A stretch of DNA of 64,000 bases from Candidatus Latescibacterota bacterium (GCA_965261395.1 OZ253462.1:6432001-6496000); one strand, 5' to 3'; counted from the first letter of the stretch, positions 26,050 to 36,237 are shown. The notes: a model not told the origin generated them from the letters alone. A program made the numbers and translations.

Positions 26050-28542
26050 CTAGTACACGCTGGCGACGAGTTTGGTGATCGTCGTTTGCTCGCCTTCGGC
26101 GTCAACTTCCACGCCGACGCGACACAAATACAGTCCCGGCGGCAGCAGCCGGCCCAGTCGGTCCCGCCCATCCCAAGTCAGCCGCTGTACTCCCGCAGCA
26201 GTCGCGACCGCCTGTTCGATGTGCTGCACTGACTGGCCATCTAAACCATAGACCTCCAGAATCAACGCCTTGGCTCCCTGCACTTGGAATATCGGAAAGA
26301 CCAATTCCACCACGTCGTTGATCCCGTCCCCATTGGGCGTAAACGGATTTGACGACGCGACCACTGGACCCAAAACCGCCTTGGTAAAAGGCGTAAACAC
26401 AGTCAAGCCACGACCGGCGTTGACTCCGCTATCCACGCGCTGCCACACTTGGTCGGCCCCTTGGCCGCGCCCAACCTGCACCCCAAAGGCATTGCTCACC
26501 AAGTAGAGCGCGCCGGAAAAGCGCAGCGATACGAGGTCCTGTCCCTGCACGACCGGCGCAGGCAGCCGCACCCACAGCGAATCCGGGCCGGTCGGCAGCC
26601 GCTCTAGCCGATCGCGTCCATACTGCTCCACACCCACAGCCCCGTCGATCAGGTCCATCTCCGTGCCCGGCGGCAGCTCCACCAGAATTTGGTCGAACCC
26701 GTTATTGCCGTCTTGGAACGCGGGCCGCAAGAGCAAGGTGAAGGTCTGCGGCTGCCCGCGTTGGAGCGTTCTGCTGGGGGTAATCTCACCACGGATCTGG
26801 CTGGCGAGGGGCGCGTCCAGCGCTAGGCGCAGGGAGCGCAGCAGCACGGCCGCGTCTGGATCGTCCGAGCGCAGGGTAGCCTCGATCATCACGTAGCGGC
26901 GCGGACTCGGCGAGGTGATGGGCGCGCCCGGGACCGAATAAGGCAAACTCCAAGGGCTCCAATCCGGACCGGGGATGATGGTAACAGTCGAATCGCCGCG
27001 TTGAAAGCTGAGCAGTTTACGGTACTTGGCCTCGTTGACTTCTTGGCCCGTGCTCGTGAAGTAGCGGATGTGCTGGTCGAGTTGGTTCCCACTGCGGGTG
27101 CGGACCCGCACTTGGGTGCCGGGCGGCGCGTTGGCCGTCCAGTGCATGGCCGACAGGATGCGGGCCGCGCCCCCCAATTCGATCGGCTCAGATATAAGCG
27201 ACACCTCGGGGAGAAAGCCGCGTCCGTATAGCTGGAGCTCGCGGATGGCGGGGCGGGCCGACCCTTGGACCAAGGTGTAATCCATCCTGAAGTAACGCGC
27301 CTTGGTCAGCGGAAACACATTGTCCTGAAAGAGAATGCTGCGATGCGCGGTGCCCTCGCCACCTTCCTGGCCACGCGCCGTCAAGGCGACGTAGCTCAAG
27401 CTGCCGTCCGGTGCGCGGCTGCCGTCGGAAAGTGCGATCCCATAATTGGGAAACGCTTGGCTGTACCTATCGCCAAAGACGATGGCAGCGCGGTTGACCC
27501 AGTACCAGGTTCCCAAGTCGAAATAGATATTGCGATGCGGATCCTGAAATACAACCGCCGGGTCGTTGAGGCTAAAGCCCACTTCCACGCTCCAGAAGGA
27601 CCCCCACTCGCCGTCCACGGTTAGCTTTTCCGCGCCCAAGTTGCCGTAGCCGACAATCTCCCCGCCGCGAGCTATAGCGCCAAGGCTAATGTTGTCGCCC
27701 ATGGTCCACACCTCGATTTCGGTCAGCCGCGGCCGCTCCCGGCGATAGTATTCGACCGGGCCTTGCCATTCCGCCGCAATGGCCTCGTATGTCGCTTGAT
27801 CTACTTGCCGCAAAACGCCGGAAGATTCGCGGCGAAAGTAGAGCACATCACCGCGCTCCTCCTCTGGCAGGCCGTTCCAGCGCGCGGCACTGATTTGCTC
27901 GGCTTGGCCCAAGTCGCTGGCCGTCGCCACCACCTGGAGAAACTGAATCAGACGACCGCTAAGCCCCGGGTCCACTTTGCGGGTAGGCTGCAACTCGAAC
28001 TCATAGACGCGCTGCAATTTGTTTAACCCCTCGCTGTGGCCGGCTGGCAGGTAGTTGAAGGACTTGCTTTGTAGGAAGGCGGGATCGCCATTGGCGGTGA
28101 GCACCTTGAACTGGAGGAATGGATCGCCCTGGCCTTCAACCGCGAACTTCACCACCACCTTCTGCGCCCACACCAGCCGGCCCAAATCGATTTCGATCCA
28201 CCACTTGTCGAGTGGGTCCGCCAAGTCCGGTTCCCAGAAGGTATCCTCCCGGCCATCTAGGATGTTCGCGGCTCCTGCTAGGTCGGTTCCAGCGCTGCGG
28301 ATACCTCCCTGCATCCCATCTCCATAAGTAAACGAGCTCGCATCCAAGGCGGCGTTGACCTGCTCGCGGACAAAGATGGGCCGGACGCCTTCGTCGCTGA
28401 AGTCCAAGCTGCCCGGCGGAAAGTTCCACGCCGGCCAGTGCTCCGGAGCGACGTCCAACCCGTTGTCGTCGAGTTGGTACGCTTGGCACCACGCCGCCGA
28501 TGCCATCAGCAGAGCCGTGCCCACAATCGCAACGCTTTTCAT
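26050..28542 (-). CDS. Large secreted protein, long subtype A: discoidin-like domains, conserved RTRSG/WSxW/SPRR core, TPNGDG+FlgD-like C-terminus
   Basis: Signal peptide; LDG...TFW...WIEIDLGR; VRTRSGN; DWSPWS; TSPSPRRYV; NPFTPNGDGIND; WDGRD..G..LPPGLYLC; ends ASVY. Confidence 0.75.
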   Translation of the reverse strand: MKSVAIVGTALLMASAAWCQAYQLDDNGLDVAPEHWPAWNFPPGSLDFSDEGVRPIFVREQVNAALDASSFTYGDGMQGGIRSAGTDLAGAANILDGREDTFWEPDLADPLDKWWIEIDLGRLVWAQKVVVKFAVEGQGDPFLQFKVLTANGDPAFLQSKSFNYLPAGHSEGLNKLQRVYEFELQPTRKVDPGLSGRLIQFLQVVATASDLGQAEQISAARWNGLPEEERGDVLYFRRESSGVLRQVDQATYEAIAAEWQGPVEYYRRERPRLTEIEVWTMGDNISLGAIARGGEIVGYGNLGAEKLTVDGEWGSFWSVEVGFSLNDPAVVFQDPHRNIYFDLGTWYWVNRAAIVFGDRYSQAFPNYGIALSDGSRAPDGSLSYVALTARGQEGGEGTAHRSILFQDNVFPLTKARYFRMDYTLVQGSARPAIRELQLYGRGFLPEVSLISEPIELGGAARILSAMHWTANAPPGTQVRVRTRSGNQLDQHIRYFTSTGQEVNEAKYRKLLSFQRGDSTVTIIPGPDWSPWSLPYSVPGAPITSPSPRRYVMIEATLRSDDPDAAVLLRSLRLALDAPLASQIRGEITPSRTLQRGQPQTFTLLLRPAFQDGNNGFDQILVELPPGTEMDLIDGAVGVEQYGRDRLERLPTGPDSLWVRLPAPVVQGQDLVSLRFSGALYLVSNAFGVQVGRGQGADQVWQRVDSGVNAGRGLTVFTPFTKAVLGPVVASSNPFTPNGDGINDVVELVFPIFQVQGAKALILEVYGLDGQSVQHIEQAVATAAGVQRLTWDGRDRLGRLLPPGLYLCRVGVEVDAEGEQTTITKLVASVY

Positions 28543-28549
28543 GGCAGCA

Positions 28550-29671
28550 TCAATGTGGATCGCCCACTCGCCAGCGGTGTTTTTCTACCCCATCCATGTC
28601 CAGCTCAATCCCCAAACCCGGCCCTTCCGGCAACACAATGCAACTATCCTCCACCCGCAGCGGCTCGGTGATGATCTCGTCCCGCCACGCAATACCGGTG
28701 ACGAACTCCATAGGGGCCACATTCGGTATGGAGGCCATCAAATGCGCGGCCGCTATGATGCCGACCGGGCCTTTGGTGTTGTGCGGCGATATGGGGACGT
28801 GAAAAGTGTCGGCAATGGCCGCGATTTTGCGCACCTCGGTAATCCCGCCGGCGTACATCAGGTCCGGTTGCGCCACGTCGATGCCGTCTAGCTCCAACAA
28901 TTGGCGGTAGTGGCTCTTGGTATTCAGCCGCTCGCTGCCCATGACCGGAATGGAGATTTCCCGCCGCACCTTGGGATAGGCGTGCAGGTCTTCCGGCGGC
29001 ACGGGATCTTCAAACACGTAGAGATCGTACGACTCTATGGCGCGGGCCAAGCGGATGCACTGGGCCACCGTGAAGCGGCCGTGGCAATCGATCAACAGCT
29101 TGACATCCGGCCCCACCGCTTCCCGCACTGCGGCGAAATGCTCTGCTGTCTCTACAGGATGGCCGTCGTCCGCGTACTGACCGAAGTCGGACCTACTCCG
29201 CGACCGCGCTCCACCCTTGAGCGCGGTGTACCCCTCGTCCGCCTTTTCCCGCGCCATGTTTGCCGAATCCTCCGGCGTGGCACCGCCAAAGTGCGTATAG
29301 ACCTCGACCCGGTCGCGGAACTTGCCGCCCAACAGCTCGACCACCGGCAGGTTCGCCACCTTGCCCTTGATGTCCCACAGGGCTTGGTCAATGCCGCTCA
29401 TGGCGCTCATCCACACAGGACCCGCCATGCGCCAGATGCCGCTCAGCGAGGAGCGCAGATAGAGCTTGTGCCACAAGTACTCGATGCGCGCCGGGTCTTC
29501 GCCAATCAGTTCCTGTTTGAGGTGCTCGATCGCGGCGACGACCACCGGCTCCTTTTGGGAATACGTGGCCTCGCCCAAGCCCACTAGGCCCTCGTCCGTA
29601 AAGACCCGCACAATCGTCCATTTGCGACCCGGCGAGTCGATCAGAATGGTGTCAATATCGCGTATTTTCAT
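28550..29671 (-). CDS. Enolase-superfamily acid-sugar dehydratase (mandelate racemase/galactonate dehydratase-like)
   Basis: GLGEA, SGIDQALWDIKGK, LLGG, metal ligands D(CHGR)/E(DP)/E(RL), QPD, PHN, PGLGIE. Confidence 0.88.
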   Translation of the reverse strand: MKIRDIDTILIDSPGRKWTIVRVFTDEGLVGLGEATYSQKEPVVVAAIEHLKQELIGEDPARIEYLWHKLYLRSSLSGIWRMAGPVWMSAMSGIDQALWDIKGKVANLPVVELLGGKFRDRVEVYTHFGGATPEDSANMAREKADEGYTALKGGARSRSRSDFGQYADDGHPVETAEHFAAVREAVGPDVKLLIDCHGRFTVAQCIRLARAIESYDLYVFEDPVPPEDLHAYPKVRREISIPVMGSERLNTKSHYRQLLELDGIDVAQPDLMYAGGITEVRKIAAIADTFHVPISPHNTKGPVGIIAAAHLMASIPNVAPMEFVTGIAWRDEIITEPLRVEDSCIVLPEGPGLGIELDMDGVEKHRWRVGDPH

Positions 29672-29711
29672 CGCACTAATCTTCCTTTTGCATTGTGAAG
29701 GGGGACGCCGA

Positions 29712-30965
29712 TCAGAATACGGGTTCGGCTATTGACGGCTCCGTGCCATTATACGCCCATTGCAAATATACAGAGATGGTATTCCTCCCCTGTGCCCGTT
29801 CCCAGCGATGGGGTGTCAACACGCCCTGCACTTCTTGGTAGTGATCGTAAACAGTGATCCAAGTCGGCGGCTTCGAGTTGGGCCTAGCTTGCCTGAACCA
29901 TTGCTCTTCTTGGGGTGTCAGCTTTTCTCTGGTCACGGCCAAAAGCGCGGTGCGACAGTCAAAGAGCGCCTCGAAATAGTGCCCGAACTTCCGGTCATCC
30001 ACCAGCACAACATCAAAGCAAGCCCCGTCCCTACTGCGCTCTTGACCCAAGTAATCCAAGGCCACGCCCTCGCCCATAAAGCGGTCGATGAAATGCCAAC
30101 GGACCTCTTCGCCCCGGTGGCGCATGGCGGCTAAACTAGGAGGCAGGTTGCCTCCATACCGCCTCCAGCGATCGTTAAAGAGCTCCTCGAATATCCTCCG
30201 CTGTAGCTTGGGATTTTTGCTCACATAAGACGGGTTGGGGACCGCAGGGTCGAACGAAACCTCTACCTTGTATTTTTCTTTTGTAGAGACAGCGCGATCT
30301 CCCAATCCCTCGTAGTGCCAAGTTGCTACCGGATACAGATATGGGGTCACCGAAATCACCGTTAGGGCAACACCACCTTGCCAAGAAGGCATTTCTAACT
30401 CTTTTAAGCTCGCCTCTATCCACACCATCGCGCTCATTTCTCGTAATGCGAGCAGGCGCTTCATGCCGCCCATGGCCTCAATCGCACGCTCGACCACCTC
30501 CAAGGCCCGGTCGCGGTCTGCGCCCATATTGGCTAGGGGAAAGCGCGCATAGTCCTCGCGAAAGTTTTCCTCGGCGGCCATGTGCGCCAAGAGCAAAGAG
30601 TCGATATTCACATCGCCAGACCGCTCTATCCGCAGCCTCTTTTCCAAGTGAGCCATGTCGGCATGTACCTCGGGCGGCAACTGTTCCACAATCTCGCCAA
30701 GAGAAACGGATTCGGTGGGTTCCTGTGCAATCTGAGGCAGCGCAGACTCGACAACCAAGCGCTGCATTTGCCGCTCGCTCAAAGCAGGTCTAGTGGGATC
30801 AAATGCCCTCGTTTCTAGTGTGCGCGGCGGCGGCCGAAAAACCACCTGGAGGGCCGGTTGCGGGTCGGGTGTGGAAGGAGTCAACAAGACGACAGCTAGA
30901 TGCAAGAGGGCCGAAAGGAATAAGCAGACAGCCAATCTCTTGGTTTCTGTCGCGGACCGGTGCAT
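29712..30965 (-). CDS. Membrane-anchored protein with Pro-rich linker and LolA-like C-terminal domain
   Basis: N-terminal TM (SALLHL), PSTPDPQP linker, ERAIEAMGG...YLGQE...FDCRTALL...YDHYQEVQGVLTP pattern. Confidence 0.5.
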   Translation of the reverse strand: MHRSATETKRLAVCLFLSALLHLAVVLLTPSTPDPQPALQVVFRPPPRTLETRAFDPTRPALSERQMQRLVVESALPQIAQEPTESVSLGEIVEQLPPEVHADMAHLEKRLRIERSGDVNIDSLLLAHMAAEENFREDYARFPLANMGADRDRALEVVERAIEAMGGMKRLLALREMSAMVWIEASLKELEMPSWQGGVALTVISVTPYLYPVATWHYEGLGDRAVSTKEKYKVEVSFDPAVPNPSYVSKNPKLQRRIFEELFNDRWRRYGGNLPPSLAAMRHRGEEVRWHFIDRFMGEGVALDYLGQERSRDGACFDVVLVDDRKFGHYFEALFDCRTALLAVTREKLTPQEEQWFRQARPNSKPPTWITVYDHYQEVQGVLTPHRWERAQGRNTISVYLQWAYNGTEPSIAEPVF

Positions 30966-30983
30966 ATCAATCTCTTTTCGTAC

Positions 30984-32060
30984 TCAGCGACGCAGACGAC
31001 CGTCTTCGATCAAACAGTCGAACACTTCTTGCGCCACAGTGCTGGCTACTTCTTGATAAAAATCATCGAGAATAGGTTCCTCGTCCACATTGAAGGCCGT
31101 ATTGACGCCGAGCCACTTATTCAACACCTCTTTGTCCTCAAGCGCATCTTTCATTACCAACAGCGCGCCGGTGCTTAGTTTGAATTGTTGCCGGTCCCTA
31201 TCCGTGCCGCATGAGTACGAGTCTGCTACGTAATCCAAAATATAGCGGGCGTCCTTGACAGATGCGATATCCGTGGTCCAATGGACGCGGCTGAACTGTT
31301 TGAGTTCGTCCAAGAGGGACGCTCGAATGGGCTCATGCATTGCAAGGAGCTTTTCCTTTTGTATATCCTCCTGACGCGAAGCGGTCTTAAGTATCTTAGA
31401 AAATATCCTATCGTCTATAAAAATTCGAGTGCGGACCATCATACTACGGGTGCGGCCTGGCTTGATAACTGTACTGGCCTGTAAGTCCTCACTGTTGCGC
31501 GTTTTCACCAACACAGTGAAAGTTCCAGTCGGGGCGTTCACCCCGCCCTCCTCCCCGGCTGGCTCTTCCGCCACCGGCGACCCGACGAATGGAACCAGCA
31601 GAGCCGCGGTATAATCCAAGGCTTGGAACTTGAGCAATTTGCTTTTGCTCGCCGCTTTGGCGATGAGCGGTTCCAGTCCAACGTTCTCTTCTTTCTTTAA
31701 CAGGTCGCCGGCCATATCCACAACCCGCACCAAGTACGACTTGGCCTCGCGCTCAGAAAAATGCGCTCCGTGCAGCGCAAAAAGCTGTTCGCCGAGTGCC
31801 GTAGATTTCTTGCAATGAGTCTTTAGGTCCCGCAACAATGAGACCAAGGAATCCCGGCTCACAGTAGCAGACAATCCAGACGCGGTACTGACATCCGCGA
31901 CGAACTCGTCCAACGTTCCCTTATCATCTCGTTCTAAGCGGTCGCGCAACTGCTCCAAAGATACGAGCACAAAATCCATCTCTTGTGAAAGAGCGGCAGA
32001 AGCACTCGACGCTATGTAGAAAAAGACGCAAACCGCAATGCGACACCACGTGTTATTCAT
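30984..32060 (-). CDS. Secreted hypothetical protein, paralog of 32089-33144
   Basis: Signal peptide MNNTWCRIAVCVFF; first ~190 aa nearly identical to the neighbour. Confidence 0.75.
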   Translation of the reverse strand: MNNTWCRIAVCVFFYIASSASAALSQEMDFVLVSLEQLRDRLERDDKGTLDEFVADVSTASGLSATVSRDSLVSLLRDLKTHCKKSTALGEQLFALHGAHFSEREAKSYLVRVVDMAGDLLKKEENVGLEPLIAKAASKSKLLKFQALDYTAALLVPFVGSPVAEEPAGEEGGVNAPTGTFTVLVKTRNSEDLQASTVIKPGRTRSMMVRTRIFIDDRIFSKILKTASRQEDIQKEKLLAMHEPIRASLLDELKQFSRVHWTTDIASVKDARYILDYVADSYSCGTDRDRQQFKLSTGALLVMKDALEDKEVLNKWLGVNTAFNVDEEPILDDFYQEVASTVAQEVFDCLIEDGRLRR

Positions 32061-32088
32061 CTGTATATCTTCCTGTCAGATCTATCTT

Positions 32089-33144
32089 TCACTCAAACAG
32101 CGGCGACACTTCTTGCGCCACCGTGCGAGCTGCTTCTTGATGAAGTCCATCGAGAATGGATTCGTCGTCCGAACTTACGTCCGTCATGAAGTCCTGCGTG
32201 ATGATGAGCACCTGATCCAGCACCGTCTCGTCCTTGAGCATATCCTGTACTACCAACTGCACTTGGGAGCTTAATTCCTGTCGTTCGGGATTGAAGCTAC
32301 CGGAGTTAGTCATGTAGCCAACCATGTACCAGTTTACAATGTAATCCAAGGTGTAGCGAATGTCCTTGGCCGAGGGATCCGTGGTGAAGCGGACGCGGCC
32401 GAACCGTTTGATGAGCTCATCCAAGAGGGCCGGTCGCACCGACTCATGCAGTGCTAGTATTTTTTTCTGAGCCTTCATTTTTGGGCGCGCAGAGACCTTA
32501 AATACCCTGAAAAAGGTGACATTGGAAGAAGATCCATTCTCAATTAGTCGGTCAACCTGCTCAGACAAGTCCTCACTGTTGCGCGTCCTCACCAACACCT
32601 TAAAGGTTCCAGTCGGGGCCTTTACCGCTCCCTCCTCCTCGGCCGGCTCTTCCGCCACCGGCGACCCGACGAATGGAACCAGCAGCGCTTTCGTATAATC
32701 CAAGGCTTGGAACTTGAGCAGCTTGCTTTTGCTCGCCGCTTTGGCGATCAGCGGTTCCAGCCCAACGTTCTCTTCTTTTTTTAACAGGTCGCCGGCCATA
32801 TCCACAACCCGCACCAAGTACGCCTTGGCCTCGCGCTCAGAAAAATGCGCTCCGTGCAGCGCAAAGAGCTGTTCGCCGAGGGCCGTGGATTTCTTACAAT
32901 GAGTCTTCAGGTCCCGCAACAGCAAGACCAAGGAATCTCGGCTCGCGGCAACAGACAATCCAGACGCGGTACTGACATCCGCGACGAACTCGTCCAACTT
33001 TCCCTTGTCGTCCCGCTCCATGCGATCGCGCAACTGTTCCAAGGCCACGAGCACAAAACCCGTTTCTTGTACAGAAGCAGCAACAGCACTCGATGCCAAG
33101 CAGAAAAAGACGCAAACAGCAATGCGACACCACGTGTTATTCAT
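32089..33144 (-). CDS. Secreted hypothetical protein, paralog of 30984-32060
   Basis: Same N-terminal block through RNSEDL, divergent middle, shared C-terminal ILD...QE.A.TVAQEV. Confidence 0.75.
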   Translation of the reverse strand: MNNTWCRIAVCVFFCLASSAVAASVQETGFVLVALEQLRDRMERDDKGKLDEFVADVSTASGLSVAASRDSLVLLLRDLKTHCKKSTALGEQLFALHGAHFSEREAKAYLVRVVDMAGDLLKKEENVGLEPLIAKAASKSKLLKFQALDYTKALLVPFVGSPVAEEPAEEEGAVKAPTGTFKVLVRTRNSEDLSEQVDRLIENGSSSNVTFFRVFKVSARPKMKAQKKILALHESVRPALLDELIKRFGRVRFTTDPSAKDIRYTLDYIVNWYMVGYMTNSGSFNPERQELSSQVQLVVQDMLKDETVLDQVLIITQDFMTDVSSDDESILDGLHQEAARTVAQEVSPLFE

Positions 33145-33159
33145 CCGTATGCTCCCTTG

Positions 33160-35145
33160 TCAAATCTGCGTCAGAAAGCTGCCCATGTGCCCGGTGATGT
33201 AATCGGCCACCAGCCAGACGCCGGCCGCGACCACTTCCCCGAGGATCAGCCCCAGAAAAAACGGACGCAGGTTCCGGTATAGCCGCGGCCCCCCATACTT
33301 GAGGATCACCAGCTTGAGCTGCCAAGCTATGAGCGCACTGGCAAAGATGTGGCCGGTCTTCCAGTTCGCGCTAATGGCGTAGCCGAGCGGGTTGAGGGGC
33401 CACCAGAGCAGGTGGTGTCGCATCCACATCAGCGCAGCCATCACCCCACCGCCGACCCCCATGAACAGCCAAGTGTCGAGACGCGGGCCGGTCAATTCCG
33501 CCGCAATGCGCGGAGCCATGTCCTTGGGGCCGTACGTGGCGGCCCCCCAGCCAAAAAACAGGCCATTAAGATTGATGCCGCCGTATTTGTACGCCAACGC
33601 CATGGTGACGTACGAAGAGCCGACCAAGCTGACCACAATGGCGATGATCACCGCCCAAAACAGCCGCCGCTTCCCACCCTTGATCACCTCGCTCATCTTC
33701 AGGCCATTGGCGACCGACGACATTACAAACGAGCGGATCTCCGAGTGCCAGCCATACGAAAACCCCAAGGCCACCAAGCCCGAGGCCCCCACGCTCGAAG
33801 CCCCGGCACCGGAAATCACAAAGGTCGAGGTCATAATGGGGGGACGCATCGCCGGAATGCCTCCTTCGGCGACCACCCGCGTCAGGCCCAAAAACAGCAC
33901 CATGGCCCCAAAGATAAACATCGCCACGCCCAACGGCGGCAGCCCCGCCATCCACAGACCCAACCCCACCAAGCCGAGCGACGCCAGCAAGCCGAAGGTA
34001 GCCTGCCGATAGGACATGATTTCGTCGACATCCTCCTCGTCTGGGTCGCCGTGCCATGCTTTACGCCACACAGCGCGCAAGTGCCCGCGCGACACCCACA
34101 GTCCGATCAGCACGAAGACGATCATCGCCCCCATGCCCTGATGGGCTATGTACGGCTCTCGCGAGTACAGATCCATCCGCTCCGTGCTTTGCATCCCGAT
34201 AACGTTGAAGATGCCCCGTTGTACTGTGGCCAGGACATAGAACACCCAGATGGACGCGGAAATATCCAAGTTGACAAAGTAGAAGAAGCCGATCCAAGGC
34301 GGGCTAAACCACAAATCCAAGCGCACGCTATCGCGGAACAGAGGGAGCGACGCAGTCCGCGCAATCCCGGGTACCTCCGGGTAATAGGCGTGTAATCCGT
34401 TGACGCTGAGCAAGACGAACGCGAACGCAAACCCCAGCCACATCGCCTTACTGGCAAAAAACTCCCGCCCAATCGCCCGCCCTTGCTCGCGCTGAATCAT
34501 CTCCATCGGCACCTGCACCAACGGATACGCCAGCTTCTCCCGATCTACCCATTGCTTGCGCATGATGACCATGGTGCAAATCATCGCTGCGCTGAGCGCT
34601 AAGAAGAAACCGTACCAATAGGTCAGCGGCAGCACCCACGCTCCCCAAGGGATGGTGGCCCCTTCCGGCAGCCCTTCAAAGAAGTAGCGCGCCACGTTTT
34701 CGCCGCGCGGAATCATCCACGTGGGAATGTACTGGTTGTATAAAAAGTCCCAGTTATTCTCCGGCGTCGCGTAGTACGTAGAGCCGACCAGACAGGGGAT
34801 GATAAATTGGGTAAACCCCATTCCGGGAATGCAGCAGGCGACCACCAACATGATGTAGATGGTAATCAGCTCGGATTGGGTCAGGGCCAAGGAGCGGCGC
34901 AGGCAGTACACGAGGCCGCTGGCAGGCACCAAAAAAAAGAAAAAGAACAGAGCGGCCGGCGTACTAAAATTTAAGGTCAGGTACGAGCCGCGAATGATGG
35001 TCGTTGCGTACGCATCTAAACCATTGAGCAGCAAGGCGAGCACCGCGCCGATCAGGATGCCCCGCGCGGGGATGCCGGCGAGACCCTGCTGCCCTTCCTC
35101 CTGGTTCACCCATTCGAGGTATGCTGGAGGAATCTGCTTTTTCAA
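33160..35145 (-). CDS. DUF6785/DUF6784-like polytopic membrane protein (putative OPT-like transporter)
   Basis: YYATPENNW, IPWGAW, RKQWVDREKLAYPLVQVP, RVVAEGG, WWPLNPLGY, LKYGG...PFFLGLILG; many TM helices. Confidence 0.75.
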   Translation of the reverse strand: MKKQIPPAYLEWVNQEEGQQGLAGIPARGILIGAVLALLLNGLDAYATTIIRGSYLTLNFSTPAALFFFFFLVPASGLVYCLRRSLALTQSELITIYIMLVVACCIPGMGFTQFIIPCLVGSTYYATPENNWDFLYNQYIPTWMIPRGENVARYFFEGLPEGATIPWGAWVLPLTYWYGFFLALSAAMICTMVIMRKQWVDREKLAYPLVQVPMEMIQREQGRAIGREFFASKAMWLGFAFAFVLLSVNGLHAYYPEVPGIARTASLPLFRDSVRLDLWFSPPWIGFFYFVNLDISASIWVFYVLATVQRGIFNVIGMQSTERMDLYSREPYIAHQGMGAMIVFVLIGLWVSRGHLRAVWRKAWHGDPDEEDVDEIMSYRQATFGLLASLGLVGLGLWMAGLPPLGVAMFIFGAMVLFLGLTRVVAEGGIPAMRPPIMTSTFVISGAGASSVGASGLVALGFSYGWHSEIRSFVMSSVANGLKMSEVIKGGKRRLFWAVIIAIVVSLVGSSYVTMALAYKYGGINLNGLFFGWGAATYGPKDMAPRIAAELTGPRLDTWLFMGVGGGVMAALMWMRHHLLWWPLNPLGYAISANWKTGHIFASALIAWQLKLVILKYGGPRLYRNLRPFFLGLILGEVVAAGVWLVADYITGHMGSFLTQI

Positions 35146-35182
35146 TTCCGTTTGCCTCGATCATGGTTCAAATCAGTACGCA

Positions 35183-35896
35183 CTAGCGACGAGTTTGGTG
35201 ATCTACCTGCTGACACGCAGCGATGAATTCCTCGGCTGTAGTGGTATAACCGATCAGATGTTCAAAATTGCGCAGCGTGATCCGGTTGATCCAACCGCCT
35301 TCCGGCAGGCTGTCGTCTAGCGTGTCTGGCATCTCGATCGTACCAGGGGCGTTTGAACAATCGCGCAAGAGAATGACGCGGTAATTCCTCCCCACGGCTT
35401 CGGCGCAGGTGTAGTGCAGGCAGGCCCGCCGGCTGTAGCCAACGACGAACAGCGTCTTAATGCCATAGCTGCGCAAGTGCTGGTCCAAGAAGGTGTCGTG
35501 GAAGCCGCTCCAGATCCACTTGGGGAAATTGCGCTCGCCCTCGCGGGGGGCCACGCAGTCGAGGTATTCGGGTTTGTATTCTTGCCGCGCCCAGCTCGCA
35601 ATGCCGTTGCCCCCGCTGCCGCCCTTGGTCTTGCCCCAGATCTCGCCCACGATGTTGCCAGGGTCGGCCACTAGGCGCAGATCGTTGTGGACGTAGTTGA
35701 CCAGCATCCCGCTATCGCGGGCGGCTTGCAAAGCCGGCGCAATGAAATTCTCGGTCGTTGGATTGGGCGAGCGCCCATCGACATCTACCAAGAGAAAGGC
35801 GCACTCAGCAAACTTCAGGGTCAGGGTCTCGTACCCGTAGTCGTACCCGCCGGGATAATCCTTGTAATAGCGAATGGGGATTGGGATGTTGGCCAT
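35183..35896 (-). CDS. Isochorismatase-family cysteine hydrolase
   Basis: LLVDVD, K in FPKWIWSGF, LDQHLRSYGIKTLFVVG, catalytic Cys in SRRAC; AAGGAGG SD before ATG 35896. Confidence 0.85.
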   Translation of the reverse strand: MANIPIPIRYYKDYPGGYDYGYETLTLKFAECAFLLVDVDGRSPNPTTENFIAPALQAARDSGMLVNYVHNDLRLVADPGNIVGEIWGKTKGGSGGNGIASWARQEYKPEYLDCVAPREGERNFPKWIWSGFHDTFLDQHLRSYGIKTLFVVGYSRRACLHYTCAEAVGRNYRVILLRDCSNAPGTIEMPDTLDDSLPEGGWINRITLRNFEHLIGYTTTAEEFIAACQQVDHQTRR

Positions 35897-35913
35897 AGGT
35901 GCCTCCTTTTTAA

Positions 35914-36019
35914 GAGGCCCTAACAAAACGCCCGGCGTCGGCCCAAGCGCGAGCGAGCAAGGCCGTGGCCGTGGCCGGCGCAGCCGCGCGACGCCAGCAG
36001 AGCGTTTTGTTAGGGCCTC
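35914..36019. mobile_element. 106-bp MITE with 18-bp perfect terminal inverted repeats and TTAA target-site duplication
   Basis: TTAA-GAGGCCCTAACAAAACGC...GCGTTTTGTTAGGGCCTC-TTAA; additional internal GGCGTCG/CGACGCC pairing; no coding capacity. Confidence 0.8.
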
Positions 36020-36237
36020 TTAATAGCGAGATTCACAAGGATAGCCAGATTCGCGCAGGCTAATAGGGCTAATACCCAAAGCCAAACATGGGTTTGGGGC
36101 GTAGCTAAAACCATCGCGTAGAAATTGGGGGCCTCTGCGGCGGGTGCCGACGTTCGAAGTAAGGTCCCAATGATACCCATGACCACGACCATTACGGTCG
36201 ACAGAAGAGCGACCACCCCCCATAGATGAGTGCTCAT
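36010..36237 (-). CDS. Small two-TM membrane protein; last codons and stop supplied by the MITE
   Basis: CAGGAGG SD, ATG 36237, two hydrophobic segments. Confidence 0.6.
   Translation of the reverse strand: MSTHLWGVVALLSTVMVVVMGIIGTLLRTSAPAAEAPNFYAMVLATPQTHVWLWVLALLACANLAILVNLAIKRP

Noticed and set aside
28550-29671. Gene symbol dgoD
   Set aside because: Family is clear, but substrate specificity cannot be read from motifs alone.
30984-33144. Diversity-generating retroelement template/variable repeat pair
   Set aside because: No reverse transcriptase in the window, differences are not adenine-specific, and both copies are full genes.
33349-34395. 348-aa plus-strand ORF (also 39203..40252, 44109..44960, 47912..48781)
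   Set aside because: Antisense shadows of well-supported genes on the opposite strand.
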